Position numbers and translations under genes: made by a program. Below, piece by piece: positions 12,031-22,568 of a DNA stretch of 64,000 bases. Positions within the stretch are counted from its first letter, which is position 1; every line of letters starts with the position of its first letter. The DNA is from Cytophagales bacterium (GTDB lineage: Bacteria > Pseudomonadota > Gammaproteobacteria > Burkholderiales > Burkholderiaceae_C), in the NCBI GenBank assembly GCA_030054145.1, contig JASGCK010000011.1, forward strand, positions 3,684 through 67,683, read 5' to 3'. Below the pieces are notes generated by a model, which did not search any database, was not told the DNA's origin, and was given only the letters and a program-made list of their open reading frames with translations.

Positions 12031-12336
12031 ATGACAAGATCCGAGTTGGTTGAACGCTTGGCATTGCGCATGAGTCAATTGACTTTGCGTGATGCTGAGC
12101 AAGCCGTGAAAACTATGTTTGATGCGATGGCTGGCGCTTTAGCAAAAGGTCATCGCATTGAAATTCGTGGGTTCGGTAGTTTTTCCGTGAATCATCGCAA
12201 GCCCCGCGTGGGGCGCAATCCGCGTTCAGGCGAGTCGGTTTTAGTGCCCGAGAAACGCGTGGCACATTTCAAGCCTGGGAAAATTCTGCGCGCTGCCGTG
12301 GAGCCTGTGATCGACGAGAAAGTTCCCCAGTCATGA
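12031..12336 (+). CDS. ihfB: integration host factor subunit beta
   Basis: 101 aa with the HU/IHF fold signature '[28 protein letters not shown]', located directly after rpsA as is conserved. Confidence 0.92.
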   Translation: MTRSELVERLALRMSQLTLRDAEQAVKTMFDAMAGALAKGHRIEIRGFGSFSVNHRKPRVGRNPRSGESVLVPEKRVAHFKPGKILRAAVEPVIDEKVPQS

Positions 12337-13379
12337 TGCTGGACTGGACTTGGCTGCTCTTTGCGTTGCCAGTTGTTTTTGCCTTAGGTTGGTTTTTTTC
12401 GCGTTTAGATATTCGTCATTGGCGGCTTGAGTCACGCCATCAACCCAGAGCCTATTTCAAAGGATTGAACCATTTATTAAACGGTCAGCAAGACCGTGCA
12501 GTAGATAGTTTTATCGAGGCGGTGCAAAACGACCCTGATACGTCTGAGCTGCATTTCACGCTAGGTAATTTATTTCGTAGGCGCGGCGAATATGACCGCG
12601 CTGTGCGCGTTCACGAGCATTTGCTGGCGCGGGCGGATCTCTCGCAAGCCGACCGTGAACGGGCGCAATTTGCCTTGGCACAAGATTTTTCAAAAGCAGG
12701 TTTGCTTGATCGCGCTGAGAGTGCGCTCGCAAATTTAAATACGGTCTCTGCCAAGCAGTTATTGCTTGCGGTTTATGAACGCGGACGCGATTGGGCGGGC
12801 GCAAGCCTGGTGGCCGAGCAGCTTGAAACGATGGGCGCGGGCAGTTATAAAAAACGACGCGCACATTATTTATGCGAACAAAAGCGTTTTGACGAGGCGA
12901 TAACGCTATCGCCTGAATCACCGCGTGCTTATTTGGAGTTATCCAAACAAAGCACGCCACAGCAGGGCTTTCAATTGCTGCGCTTGGCATTTGAGAGAGC
13001 CCCGCAGTCCATCTCGCTTGTGTGTGCACCGCTGGCGCAGGTGGCCAAAACCATTGGACAAGAAACGCAGGCAATCACGCTGCTTGAGGGCGCTTACGAA
13101 GAGACAAAAAGTCTGGATGTGTTGCAAGCCTTGATTTCATTGGGCTGGAAGAGTGAGCGTGCAGCTTATGCCGTGCATTTAACGCACGCGTCTTCGCTGG
13201 TGGCGGCTAGTCATTTGATCGAGATACCTGAGACGCAAGCAACGCTTCAGCGTGCCACAGAGCCTTTGCTGCGCTACCGCTGTGCGGCTTGCGGGTTTGA
13301 GGCTAAGCAATATTTTTGGCAATGTCCTGGCTGTCAAGCTTGGGATACTTATCCGTTTAAGCGCGTTGAAGAACTCTAA
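12333..13379 (+). CDS. lapB: lipopolysaccharide assembly protein LapB (YciM)
   Basis: ATGA overlap with ihfB. It has an N-terminal TM helix, TPR repeats ('[19 protein letters not shown]') and a C-terminal rubredoxin-like '[23 protein letters not shown]'. Confidence 0.85.
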   Translation: MMLDWTWLLFALPVVFALGWFFSRLDIRHWRLESRHQPRAYFKGLNHLLNGQQDRAVDSFIEAVQNDPDTSELHFTLGNLFRRRGEYDRAVRVHEHLLARADLSQADRERAQFALAQDFSKAGLLDRAESALANLNTVSAKQLLLAVYERGRDWAGASLVAEQLETMGAGSYKKRRAHYLCEQKRFDEAITLSPESPRAYLELSKQSTPQQGFQLLRLAFERAPQSISLVCAPLAQVAKTIGQETQAITLLEGAYEETKSLDVLQALISLGWKSERAAYAVHLTHASSLVAASHLIEIPETQATLQRATEPLLRYRCAACGFEAKQYFWQCPGCQAWDTYPFKRVEEL

Positions 13380-13395
13380 TTTACGCTTGGTTTTG

Positions 13396-14619
13396 ATGTT
13401 CGCCTCATTTGCTGCGGCGTACTTTATTTCGGCAGCGCTGCGCACCGTGACCGCGACGGTAGCGCCTCTTTTGACGCAAGAGTTTGCGCTCCAAGCCCGT
13501 GACTTAGGACTTCTGTCGGGCGGTTATTTTTTGGGATTTGCAGCGCTGCAAATCCCGCTTGGTAATTGGCTTGATCGCTTTGGTCCTAAGCGCGTGATTG
13601 TGGTCATGCTTGCCATTGCTGTATTGGGCTGCGTATCGTTTGCCATGGCGCACAGTTTTTATGGTTTGCTGTTAGCTCGTGTTTTGTGCGGCTTGGGTGT
13701 TAGCGTTTGCCTGATGGCACCGCTGACCGCTTATCGCCGCTGGTTCAACCCCGACATTCAATTGCGCACCAATTCATGGATGCTGATGACAGGCTCACTC
13801 GGGATGCTCTGCGCAACGCTGCCCGTGCAAGCTGCCCTGCCGCATTTGGGCTGGCGCGGCATATTTGTGGTCATAGCAGGGCTGGTGATGGTGTGCATGG
13901 TGCTGATTGCAACGCTAGTCCCCACTTGGTCGGAAGCCAATCAACATAAGCCTTCGCAGCAGGTGGACGTGCGCAAGCAAGGTAATCTGGGCATTTGGCG
14001 CGATCCGAATTTTGTGCGTATGGTGCCGATTGGTTTTGTGATTTATGGCGGGATGATTGCGATTCAAACGCTCTGGGCGGGACCATGGATGACCAAGGTT
14101 GCTGGCTATACCGCAGTGCAAGCTGCGGGCGGTTTATTCGCGATTAACTTGGCCATGCTTTTTAATTATTTGATTTGGGGCTGGCTGAATCCAAAACTAG
14201 CGGCTCGCGGCTGGGATGCCGTGCGCTTGATTCGCGTAGGACTGCCGTTTAGTTTGCTAGCCCTAGCACTTGCGATTGGCGTGGCAACTGATGCATCCTT
14301 GCCCTTGGGCCTTCATATCCCTATTTGGTTGATTTGGATTTTTTATTTTTTGGCAACCTCGTTTGTTTCATTGGCGCAGCCTGCGGTGGGTATGGCTTTT
14401 CCCAGCCACATGGCTGGCAGGGCACTGACAGCCTATAACTTGGTCATCTTTATGGGTGTGTTCGTCATGCAGTGGGGTATAGGACTCAGCATTGATTTGT
14501 TCGTGTGGTTAGGGCTAGAGACTGTGCGGGCGTATCAAGCGGCGCTGGGTGTTTTTTGGATCGGTAGCGCGCTTTCATACGCGCATTTTTGGCATGGCTC
14601 GCAGGCTGCTAAAGGATAA
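13396..14619 (+). CDS. MFS transporter
   Basis: ATG 13396 gives 407 aa with about 12 TM spans and an MFS loop 'GNWLDRFGPKRV'. The track ORF starting at 13252 overlaps lapB and is unlikely. Confidence 0.8.
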   Translation: MFASFAAAYFISAALRTVTATVAPLLTQEFALQARDLGLLSGGYFLGFAALQIPLGNWLDRFGPKRVIVVMLAIAVLGCVSFAMAHSFYGLLLARVLCGLGVSVCLMAPLTAYRRWFNPDIQLRTNSWMLMTGSLGMLCATLPVQAALPHLGWRGIFVVIAGLVMVCMVLIATLVPTWSEANQHKPSQQVDVRKQGNLGIWRDPNFVRMVPIGFVIYGGMIAIQTLWAGPWMTKVAGYTAVQAAGGLFAINLAMLFNYLIWGWLNPKLAARGWDAVRLIRVGLPFSLLALALAIGVATDASLPLGLHIPIWLIWIFYFLATSFVSLAQPAVGMAFPSHMAGRALTAYNLVIFMGVFVMQWGIGLSIDLFVWLGLETVRAYQAALGVFWIGSALSYAHFWHGSQAAKG

Positions 14620-14626
14620 TTGGACG

Positions 14627-15547
14627 ATGAAGCCCCATTTATTGAATGCAAAAGTTTTGGTAGTTGGAGATGCGATGCTGGATCGCTATTGGTATGGCGC
14701 GGTGGAGCGCATTAGCCCTGAAGCGCCAGTGCCTGTCGTCAAAATCAATAAACGAGAGGATCGCGTAGGTGGTGCTGCCAACGTGGCGTACAACGCGGCT
14801 GTTTTGGGCGCAAAAACTTCTTTTTTAAGCGTGGTGGGTGACGATGACGCAGGGCGCGAGCTAGAAGCATTGATGCGTAAGACGGGTATTGCCACTTACT
14901 TAACGCGGGATGCCAAATTGGAGACGACGGTCAAGCTGCGCGTGATTGGACGAGCGCAGCAGCTGATCCGCCTTGATTTTGAAAATACACCTGAGCACGA
15001 TGTGCTTGCGGCACAAACCGATACGTTTAAGCGATTGGTTGCCGAGCACGATTCGGTTTTGTTTTCCGATTACGCCAAAGGCGGCTTGGCTCACGTTGCA
15101 AAAATGATCGAGATAGCCCGCGCTGCGGGCAAGCCCGTACTGATTGACCCCAAAGGCTCAAGCTATGAACGCTACCAAGGCGCGACGGTGATTACGCCTA
15201 ATCGCCACGAACTCCAGCAAGTGATTGGCTCTTGGTCGAGTGAAGATGACTTGCGCATCAAAGCACAAAATCTACGGACCGCTTTAAATTTGGAGACGCT
15301 CTTGTTTACGCGCAGCGAGGAGGGGATGAGTCTGTACGATGCGGCAGGTGATCTGCACGTGAAAGCTGCTGCGCATGAGGTGTTTGACGTGACGGGGGCG
15401 GGCGATACGGTGATTGCCACGTTGGCATCACTTGTCGCTTCGGGTATGTCTTTGCGTGAAGCCATGCCGCACGCCAACCGCGCAGGCGGTATTGTGGTGG
15501 GCAAGTTTGGCACGGCAGCGGTGAGCTTTGAGGAGTTATTTCAATGA
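14627..15547 (+). CDS. hldA: D-glycero-beta-D-manno-heptose-7-phosphate kinase (RfaE domain I type)
   Basis: 306 aa, a PfkB-family kinase with '[15 protein letters not shown]' and '[11 protein letters not shown]'. It is followed by hldD with an ATGA overlap. Confidence 0.87.
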   Translation: MKPHLLNAKVLVVGDAMLDRYWYGAVERISPEAPVPVVKINKREDRVGGAANVAYNAAVLGAKTSFLSVVGDDDAGRELEALMRKTGIATYLTRDAKLETTVKLRVIGRAQQLIRLDFENTPEHDVLAAQTDTFKRLVAEHDSVLFSDYAKGGLAHVAKMIEIARAAGKPVLIDPKGSSYERYQGATVITPNRHELQQVIGSWSSEDDLRIKAQNLRTALNLETLLFTRSEEGMSLYDAAGDLHVKAAAHEVFDVTGAGDTVIATLASLVASGMSLREAMPHANRAGGIVVGKFGTAAVSFEELFQ

Positions 15548-16533
15548 CAACTTACGTGGTGACAGGCGCAGCTGGATTTATTGGTAGCAATATCGTGCAA
15601 GGCTTAAATGCGCGCGGGATGACCGACATCATTGCCGTGGATGATTTGACCCAAGGCGATAAGTTTTGCAATCTAGCCGACCTGCAAATTAGCGACTACG
15701 TGGATGCGGATGATTTTTATGATCGGTTTAGCAATGGCGCGTATGGCAAGGTGGAGGCGGTCTTTCACGAGGGCGCTTGCAGCGACACGATGGAGAGCGA
15801 TGGCGCGTACATGATGCGCAATAACTTTGGCGTGTCGTGTCAGTTGTTTGAGGCTTGCCAAGCGCAGGGTACGCGTTTGCTTTACGCATCATCGGCAGCG
15901 GTGTATGGCGGCTCGGACACGTTTAAGGAGTTCCCTGAATGTGAGCGACCGCTGAATGTATATGGTTACAGCAAGCTGTTATTTGACCAGTGGGTGCGAC
16001 GCAAAACGGTGATGTTTACGCGCCAAACAACGCAAGTCACAGGCTTTCGCTATTTCAACGTGTATGGACCACGTGAGCAGCACAAAGGACGCATGGCCAG
16101 CGTGGCGTTTCATCAATTTAATCAGTTCCAAGCGGAGGGCGTTGTCAAGCTCTTTGGCGGCTACGATGGCTATGCCGCAGGCGAGCAAAAGCGCGACTTC
16201 GTCTATGTGGATGATGTGGTGGCGGTGAATCTTTGGTTTCTCGATCACGCCAATCAATCGGGTATTTTTAACCTAGGCACGGGATGTGCGCAACCCTTTA
16301 ATGACGTGGCTTTGGGGGTCATTCAAGGCTTGGATGATGCAAACAACATGACCCTGCCGCAAATGGTGTCGGCCAATAAGGTGCAATACCTAGATTTTCC
16401 CGAAGCGCTAAAAGGCAAATATCAAAGCTATACGCAAGCCGATTTAACCGCCCTACGTGCTGCGGGTTGCGATCATGTTTTTGCGGATGTGAAGCAAGGT
16501 GTTTCAAGCTATTTGAAGCAGTTGTCAACCTAG
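15544..16533 (+). CDS. hldD: ADP-glyceromanno-heptose 6-epimerase
   Basis: 329 aa, an SDR with '[11 protein letters not shown]' and catalytic 'YGYSK'. Confidence 0.93.
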   Translation: MTTYVVTGAAGFIGSNIVQGLNARGMTDIIAVDDLTQGDKFCNLADLQISDYVDADDFYDRFSNGAYGKVEAVFHEGACSDTMESDGAYMMRNNFGVSCQLFEACQAQGTRLLYASSAAVYGGSDTFKEFPECERPLNVYGYSKLLFDQWVRRKTVMFTRQTTQVTGFRYFNVYGPREQHKGRMASVAFHQFNQFQAEGVVKLFGGYDGYAAGEQKRDFVYVDDVVAVNLWFLDHANQSGIFNLGTGCAQPFNDVALGVIQGLDDANNMTLPQMVSANKVQYLDFPEALKGKYQSYTQADLTALRAAGCDHVFADVKQGVSSYLKQLST

Positions 16534-16607
16534 CACACGCGCCTGCGTTGATCGAATACGCGCCTAGTCGTTTACTGGGTTTTCTTTTACATCTTGAAAG
16601 GATTTTT

Positions 16608-16937
16608 ATGATTAAGAAACTAATAGTGGCACTCAGTATGTTGGCGGCCATGCTGTATGCGACAGCTAGTTTTGCAGCCGTGGACGTCAACAAAGCGACC
16701 GCCGCTGAGTTGGATGCCGTCAAGGGCATTGGTCCTTCGATCTCAACAAAGATTCTTGATGAGCGCAAAAAAGGCGATTTCAAAGATTGGAATGACTTTG
16801 TTAGTCGCGTCCAAGGCATTGGCGAAAAAAGTGCGGCTAAGTTGTCTACAAATGGCTTGACCGTTGGCGGCGCATCTTTTAAAGGTGCTGCCCCTGCAAA
16901 GGCTGATAAAGCTCCCGCAGAAGCTGCTAAGAAGTAA
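16608..16937 (+). CDS. ComEA-like helix-hairpin-helix DNA-binding periplasmic protein
   Basis: ATG 16608 follows a GAAAGGA RBS. It has a signal peptide 'MIKKLIVALSMLAAMLYATASFA' and two HhH motifs ('VNKATAAELDAVKGIGPSIS', 'VQGIGEKSAAKL'). Confidence 0.75.
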   Translation: MIKKLIVALSMLAAMLYATASFAAVDVNKATAAELDAVKGIGPSISTKILDERKKGDFKDWNDFVSRVQGIGEKSAAKLSTNGLTVGGASFKGAAPAKADKAPAEAAKK

Positions 16938-16960
16938 GACCGATTTTCAGCTTCCTCAAA

Positions 16961-16988
16961 AACCCGCCACAATTGGCGGGTTTTTTAT
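16961..16988 (+). terminator. Rho-independent terminator
   Basis: 'CCCGCCAcaatTGGCGGG' followed by TTTTTTAT, 25 nt after the ComEA-like stop. Confidence 0.75.
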
Positions 16989-17003
16989 GTTGATAATGAA
17001 GCC

Positions 17004-17789
17004 ATGATTTTCCTTTTATCGCCCGCCAAATCACTCGATTACGAAACGCCTGTTGGTGCTGATTTGCCTAGCACGAAGCCGCCGTACATTCATGAAGCGG
17101 CTGAGTTGATTGATATTTTGAAACGTCAAACACCTGCGCAACTTGCGACGTTGATGAGTTTGAGTGACAACTTGGCGACGCTTAACGCTGTGCGTTATGA
17201 GGCGTGGAAGTTGCGAGCGACACCTAAAAATGCGAAGCAGGCGATCCTTGCTTTTAATGGTGATGTCTACGATGGACTCCAAGCAAAAACACTCGATCAC
17301 GAGCAACTGGCTTGGGCGCAAGAGCATATTGTGATGCTCAGTGGTTTGTACGGCGTGCTGAGACCGCTGGATTTGCTGCAACCTTATCGACTAGAGATGG
17401 GCACACGTTTGGCAACGAGCCGAGGCGCAAATTTGTATCAATTTTGGGGTGACAAAATTGCAACGCATTTGAATAAGTTGCAAAAGTCCAATCCACTTCC
17501 TGTGGTGATTAATCTTGCGTCGCAGGAGTATTTCAAAGTCGTGGATAAAAAAATCTTGCACGCCCGTGTGATTGAATGCGTGTTTGAAGAGCGTAAAAAT
17601 GGCGCGTACAAGGTGATTAGCTTTATGGCAAAAAGAGCGCGCGGGATGATGGCGCGTTTTGCGATTGAGCAAAAAATCATAGAGCCAGAAAAATTGAAGC
17701 TATTTAAAACAGATGGTTATGCATTTGCCAAATCTGCATCAAGCGATGACCGCTGGGTATTCCGCCGGAGCATTGCTTCATGTCGTTGA
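17004..17789 (+). CDS. yaaA: peroxide stress protein YaaA (UPF0246/DUF328)
   Basis: 261 aa starting '[16 protein letters not shown]', with '[13 protein letters not shown]' typical of YaaA. Confidence 0.9.
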   Translation: MIFLLSPAKSLDYETPVGADLPSTKPPYIHEAAELIDILKRQTPAQLATLMSLSDNLATLNAVRYEAWKLRATPKNAKQAILAFNGDVYDGLQAKTLDHEQLAWAQEHIVMLSGLYGVLRPLDLLQPYRLEMGTRLATSRGANLYQFWGDKIATHLNKLQKSNPLPVVINLASQEYFKVVDKKILHARVIECVFEERKNGAYKVISFMAKRARGMMARFAIEQKIIEPEKLKLFKTDGYAFAKSASSDDRWVFRRSIASCR

Positions 17790-18631
17790 CGAACCTCTCG
17801 CAAGCCCCATTGGGTAAGGCTTCTAGCTATGTTGATCAATATGATGCGAGATTGCTTTTCCCGATCCCTCGCGCTGAGAAACGAGCAGAGATTGGCGTGA
17901 CAACTTCAATGCCATTTTTTGGCGCGGATATGTGGACAGCTTTTGAAGTGTCATGGTTGAATCCGCGCGGTAAGCCCCAGCTAGCTTTGGCGCACATCAC
18001 CGTGCCGTGCGAGAGTCCGAACATCATTGAAAGTAAATCGCTCAAGCTCTATCTCAATAGTTTGAATAACACCGCGTTTGCGGATATTGAAGCAGTCGCT
18101 GCTCAAATAAAGCGTGACCTTGGCGCGGCCGTTTGGCAGGGCGCCAGCGTGCAAGGTGCTGTGGGTGTTCGGTTGGTAGACCCCTCTTTGTTTGACGCGC
18201 AGCCCATTCACGAGCTAGATGGTCTCAGTCTTGATCGTTTGGATATTGATTGCACGCGCTATGCACCTGCGCCAGATTTGCTGCATACGGAGATGGACAG
18301 CGCACCCGTGTCAGAGGTGCTCGTGAGTAACTTGTTAAAAAGTAATTGCTTGGTAACGGGGCAGCCTGATTGGGGATCGGTGCAAATTAGTTATAGCGGC
18401 CAAGCGATTAACCAAGAGGGGTTGTTGCAATACATTGTGAGTTTTCGTAATCACAATGAGTTCCACGAGCAATGCGTTGAGCGCATTTTTATGGATATTT
18501 GGACGCGGTGTCAGCCGATCCGCTTAGCGGTCTATGCGCGTTACACAAGGCGCGGTGGGCTGGACATCAATCCGTATCGCACCAGTTATCCTGCGGCATT
18601 ACCTGCGAACATCCGCACGGCGCGGCAATAA
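17780..18631 (+). CDS. queF: NADPH-dependent 7-cyano-7-deazaguanine reductase (two-domain type)
   Basis: 283 aa with '[11 protein letters not shown]', '[16 protein letters not shown]' and '[13 protein letters not shown]'. Confidence 0.92.
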   Translation: MSLTNLSQAPLGKASSYVDQYDARLLFPIPRAEKRAEIGVTTSMPFFGADMWTAFEVSWLNPRGKPQLALAHITVPCESPNIIESKSLKLYLNSLNNTAFADIEAVAAQIKRDLGAAVWQGASVQGAVGVRLVDPSLFDAQPIHELDGLSLDRLDIDCTRYAPAPDLLHTEMDSAPVSEVLVSNLLKSNCLVTGQPDWGSVQISYSGQAINQEGLLQYIVSFRNHNEFHEQCVERIFMDIWTRCQPIRLAVYARYTRRGGLDINPYRTSYPAALPANIRTARQ

Positions 18632-18649
18632 AGAGCTTCTAAAGAGAGA

Positions 18650-18916
18650 TTAGGCGATCAGCTCATTCACGCCGTAAAGCGTGGCGAGCTGGGTCAGCCG
18701 AGCGGGCGCGTTGTGTACTTGCAGGGATGCGCTCGCCGCTACCGCTTTGCGCCTTAAGTCGAGTAACAGAGCCAGCGCAGATGAATCAAAGGTTTGTAGC
18801 CCGGCTGCATCAATTTGCCAGCCAGCTAGGCGTGCCTGCTCTAACCAATTGGCATTTTTGCTTGATGCCACTTCTTCATGATTAAGCTTGGCAGGAAGGG
18901 CTAGCATGGCTGTCAT
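18650..18916 (-). CDS. mlaB: STAS-domain protein, MlaB-like
   Basis: 88 aa, small and STAS-like. It is the last gene of the mla operon, and its start overlaps the mlaC stop by one base. Confidence 0.65.
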   Translation of the reverse strand: MTAMLALPAKLNHEEVASSKNANWLEQARLAGWQIDAAGLQTFDSSALALLLDLRRKAVAASASLQVHNAPARLTQLATLYGVNELIA

Positions 18917-19539
18917 TATTTTTTGACACCTTTATTTTTTTCGGTGAGTGATTTGATTAAACCATCAATACCGTTCGCATTAATTTCTTGGGAAAACTGA
19001 CCACGGTATGTTTCAACTAGCCATACGCCCAAGATGTTGATGTCGTGAATTTTCCAAACCGAGTTAGCGCCATCTTGGACTTTGCCAACGCGGTAATCAA
19101 GTTGCACGGGATCGCCTTTGCCGCGCACTTCGGAGCGAACAATGACGCTGGTATCTTCGGGGGCAGCTTTGAGCGGCTTAACGGTCACCGTTTGATCTTT
19201 GATTTCTTTGACAGCGCCCGCATAGGTGCGCACCAAAAGCATCTTGAACTCTTCTTGCAGACGCTTTTGTTGCTCAGGCGTTGCACTGCGCCATGCGGGA
19301 CCAACCGAGGAAGCCGTCATGCGCTGAAAGTTGACAAAAGGAATCACCTTGGCATCAATTAAAGCGGCAACCTTAGTGACATCACCCGTTGCCAATGCTT
19401 TGTCTGATTTCACGGCATCGGTTACCTCAACAGCTAGCCGCCTGACCAAAGCATCTGGGGCTTCTGGTGCAGTCTGGGCAAAGCTAAGCAAAGCGCTAGC
19501 AGTTAAAAAAATGCTAAAAAAATAACGTTTCATGTTCAT
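18916..19539 (-). CDS. mlaC: phospholipid-binding periplasmic protein MlaC (Ttg2D family)
   Basis: 207 aa with a signal peptide. Called from its position between mlaA and mlaB and from 'FVNFQRMTASSVGPAWRSATPEQQ', which is typical of MlaC. Confidence 0.85.
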   Translation of the reverse strand: MNMKRYFFSIFLTASALLSFAQTAPEAPDALVRRLAVEVTDAVKSDKALATGDVTKVAALIDAKVIPFVNFQRMTASSVGPAWRSATPEQQKRLQEEFKMLLVRTYAGAVKEIKDQTVTVKPLKAAPEDTSVIVRSEVRGKGDPVQLDYRVGKVQDGANSVWKIHDINILGVWLVETYRGQFSQEINANGIDGLIKSLTEKNKGVKK

Positions 19540-19596
19540 ATGAGGACTCCTTGATACCCTACCTTAACGGGAAAAGAGCGCAAACGGTGTACATCG

Positions 19597-20397
19597 TCAC
19601 TTTAAGATTCCAGAAGGTAGGGTGATCGGTAGGGGGGGTAACTTTGGCATCACTTGTTCGGGCACTTGCTTGCGGGAGTTATCGACCGAATAGTCAATAT
19701 CGTCATCGCTTGATGGTTTTTCTGGCTTGATTTGGCTTTGACGACGCTTGAGATACACGTCGCGAATGAAACTATATTTATCAAGTGCAATCTCATCGAC
19801 CGCATCGGTTGCACCCAGTAACTTAGCGCGTATATCGACTAGGCGAGTGGCGGTCAATACATTGCGGGTTGCGTTATCGGGCACGTTGTTGACGGGGTCA
19901 GAGTAGGTTGCCGTCACGGTTCCGACACCATCCCGAACACTGGAGGGGCCCAGTAACGGCAGCATCACAAAAGGGCCACTGGGGATGCCCCATTTACCAA
20001 AGGTTTGCCCAAGGTCAGCTTTGGGCGGTTGGATACCTGCATCAGAGGCAAGATCAAGTACCCCGCCAAGCCCAAGAAATGTATTCAGGCCAAGGCGAGC
20101 GGCGGTTTGTCCTGCATAGTTAAATTCAAATTGCAGTAGATGATTGAACATCGACCAGACATCGCCCAAATTACTAAAGAAGTTACTCACGCCCTGGCGA
20201 ATGGGCGACGGCACGACATTTTTATAACCTGTGGCAACAGGTTTGAGCACGGCGCCATCAATCGCATCGTTGAACTTGTACATGGCACGGTTCATCGGCT
20301 CTAATGGGTCGGCGGGGTTGGCATTGGGACCTGTCGCACAACCCGCAAACAGCGAGAACAGGGACGCTGCGAGTAAAAAACGGAAAATTCGATTCAT
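19597..20397 (-). CDS. mlaA: outer-membrane lipoprotein MlaA/VacJ
   Basis: Lipobox 'LFAGCATG' plus 'DPLEPMNRAMYKFND' and 'GPFVMLPLLGPSSVRD'. Confidence 0.88.
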   Translation of the reverse strand: MNRIFRFLLAASLFSLFAGCATGPNANPADPLEPMNRAMYKFNDAIDGAVLKPVATGYKNVVPSPIRQGVSNFFSNLGDVWSMFNHLLQFEFNYAGQTAARLGLNTFLGLGGVLDLASDAGIQPPKADLGQTFGKWGIPSGPFVMLPLLGPSSVRDGVGTVTATYSDPVNNVPDNATRNVLTATRLVDIRAKLLGATDAVDEIALDKYSFIRDVYLKRRQSQIKPEKPSSDDDIDYSVDNSRKQVPEQVMPKLPPLPITLPSGILK

Positions 20398-20888
20398 TAT
20401 TTAGCTGGCTTATCTGCGGCAGATGTGTCGGTGTTATCAGCGGCTTTGCTGTATAAAAATTTGCTAATCAAATCTTCCAACACAACGGCTGATTGTGTGC
20501 TGCTGATAGCGTCTCCGTTGGCGAGATTTTTATCATCCGCGCCTGCCGCAATGCCGATGTATTGCTCACCCAGTAAGCCGCTCGTCAAAATTTTAAGTGA
20601 ACTGTCTTTCGGAAAAGCAAACTTGTTTTGCATGGACAGCACGACCTTGGCTTGAAACGTTTTGCCGTCAAACGTGATCGACTCCACGCGCCCCACCACC
20701 ACGCCAGCGCTCTTGACGGCGGCTTTGGGCTTGAGTCCACCAATGTTGTCGAATTTAGCTGTGACTTTGTAGTTGGAGTCGAAGCTCAGTGACAGCAAGT
20801 TAGCAGATTGCAGAGCAAGAAACAAGATGGCGGAAAAACCAATCACCACAAAAAGTCCAACCCATACATCATTTTTAGAACGCGTCAT
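20397..20888 (-). CDS. mlaD: MCE-domain protein MlaD
   Basis: 163 aa with an N-terminal TM helix and an MCE domain 'GGLKPKAAVKSAGVVVGRV'. Confidence 0.9.
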   Translation of the reverse strand: MTRSKNDVWVGLFVVIGFSAILFLALQSANLLSLSFDSNYKVTAKFDNIGGLKPKAAVKSAGVVVGRVESITFDGKTFQAKVVLSMQNKFAFPKDSSLKILTSGLLGEQYIGIAAGADDKNLANGDAISSTQSAVVLEDLISKFLYSKAADNTDTSAADKPAK

Positions 20889-20921
20889 GTTTCACTCCAG
20901 AATTCATTGTTCAATGTCAAA

Positions 20922-21707
20922 TTAAATACTAAACATCAGGGCGGTCAAGATGAAATCGAGCCCAAGCACCGCGAGCGATCCCATGACCACGGTGCGGGTG
21001 GTTGCGCGCGATACGCCCTCTGGCGTGGGGTCGGCGAGGTAGCCTTGCAACAAAGCAACGAATGTCACAGTGACGCCAAACACCAAGCTCTTGACCACGC
21101 CATTGCCCACGTCGTGCCACCAATCAACACCGCCTTGCATTTGGCTCCAAAACGAACCTGCATCAATGCCAATCATCAGTACGCCCACCGCCCAGCTGCC
21201 AATGATGCCGACGGCGCTAAATACCGCTGCCAGCATGGGCATGACAATCACGCCGCCCCAAAAACGCGGTGCAAGAATGCGGCGCACGGGGTCAACTGCC
21301 ATCATCTCCATCGCAGATAGTTGCTCGCCTGCTTTCATAAGTCCGATCTCCGCCGTGAGCGATGTGCCCGCACGCCCCGCAAACAAAAGCGCGGTGATGA
21401 CGGGCCCGAGTTCCCGTACCAAACTGAGCGCAACCAGCAAGCCCAGCGCTTCGGCAGAGCCATAAAGCTGCAAGGTGTAGTAACCCTGAAGCGCCAGCAC
21501 AAATCCCACAAACAAGCCAGAAATAGCGATGATGGAGAGTGAGTAATTACCTAAAAAATGCACCTGATCGCGCACCAGCCCAAAGCGCTTTAAGCAAGCG
21601 CCGCCATAGACGATGAGGCGTGCAAACAATCCAGCGCCGTAGCCAATTTCGGTCAGTTTAGTGCGCACACCGTAGCCGATGTTGGCAATCGTTGATGTCA
21701 ATTTCAT
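20922..21707 (-). CDS. mlaE: ABC permease MlaE
   Basis: 261 aa, polytopic, with 'RELGPVITALLFAGRAGTSLTAEIG'. Confidence 0.92.
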   Translation of the reverse strand: MKLTSTIANIGYGVRTKLTEIGYGAGLFARLIVYGGACLKRFGLVRDQVHFLGNYSLSIIAISGLFVGFVLALQGYYTLQLYGSAEALGLLVALSLVRELGPVITALLFAGRAGTSLTAEIGLMKAGEQLSAMEMMAVDPVRRILAPRFWGGVIVMPMLAAVFSAVGIIGSWAVGVLMIGIDAGSFWSQMQGGVDWWHDVGNGVVKSLVFGVTVTFVALLQGYLADPTPEGVSRATTRTVVMGSLAVLGLDFILTALMFSI

Positions 21708-22516
21708 GCTGCAACTCCAAAGTCTTCTGCCACGGTTTTGGCAGGATAGTGGAATCGGACAGGGCCGTCGGGCAAGGCGTGCACGAATTGATGAACGAGC
21801 GGATCGGTACTTGATCCAACCATATCAGGCGTACCCTGTGCCGCAATTTTGCCATTGGCCAGCACAATCACTTGGTCGGCGATATGGAAGGTTTCCTCAA
21901 GGTCGTGCGAGACGATCACGCTGGTGATGCCAAGCGTATCGTTGAGGCTACGAATAAGCCGCGCCGCCGTGCCCAGCGAAATTGGATCAAGTCCTGCAAA
22001 AGGTTCGTCGTACATGATGAGGTCGGGGTCAAGCGCAATGGCTCTAGCAAGTGCCACGCGGCGTGCCATACCGCCCGATATTTCGCTAGGCATTAAATCC
22101 CGCGCACCACGCAAGCCCACGGCGTTGAGCTTCATCAGCACGATGTCGCGAATCATGGCTTCGGATACTTGTGTGTGCTCGCGTAGCGGGAAGGCTACGT
22201 TATCAAAAACGGTCGAATCCGTGAAGAGCGCACCGAACTGAAACAGCATTCCCATACGACGGCGCATGGCGTAGAGCGCCTCTTGATTCATTTGACCAAT
22301 ATCTGCGCCATCAAACATCACGCATCCGCTATTGGCGCGGTACTGCCCCGCAATCAGTCGCAAGATGGTGGTCTTACCACCACCCGACGCACCCATAATG
22401 GCTGTGACTTTGCCGCGAGGAATCGACAAAGTGATACTGTCCAAAATGACTCGATCACTTTTTGCTGAAGGGTATGAAAAAGTGAGGTCTTGGCAGGTGA
22501 CGAGGTTGTCTTGCAT
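21704..22516 (-). CDS. mlaF: ABC ATPase MlaF
   Basis: Walker A 'GASGGGKTT', signature 'ISGGMARRVALARA' and Walker B 'LIMYDEP'. Confidence 0.93.
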   Translation of the reverse strand: MQDNLVTCQDLTFSYPSAKSDRVILDSITLSIPRGKVTAIMGASGGGKTTILRLIAGQYRANSGCVMFDGADIGQMNQEALYAMRRRMGMLFQFGALFTDSTVFDNVAFPLREHTQVSEAMIRDIVLMKLNAVGLRGARDLMPSEISGGMARRVALARAIALDPDLIMYDEPFAGLDPISLGTAARLIRSLNDTLGITSVIVSHDLEETFHIADQVIVLANGKIAAQGTPDMVGSSTDPLVHQFVHALPDGPVRFHYPAKTVAEDFGVAA

Positions 22517-22568
22517 AGCGGACTATTTTGCCACGCGTTTACGTCGAACTGTAAACCAAGGTTTATAT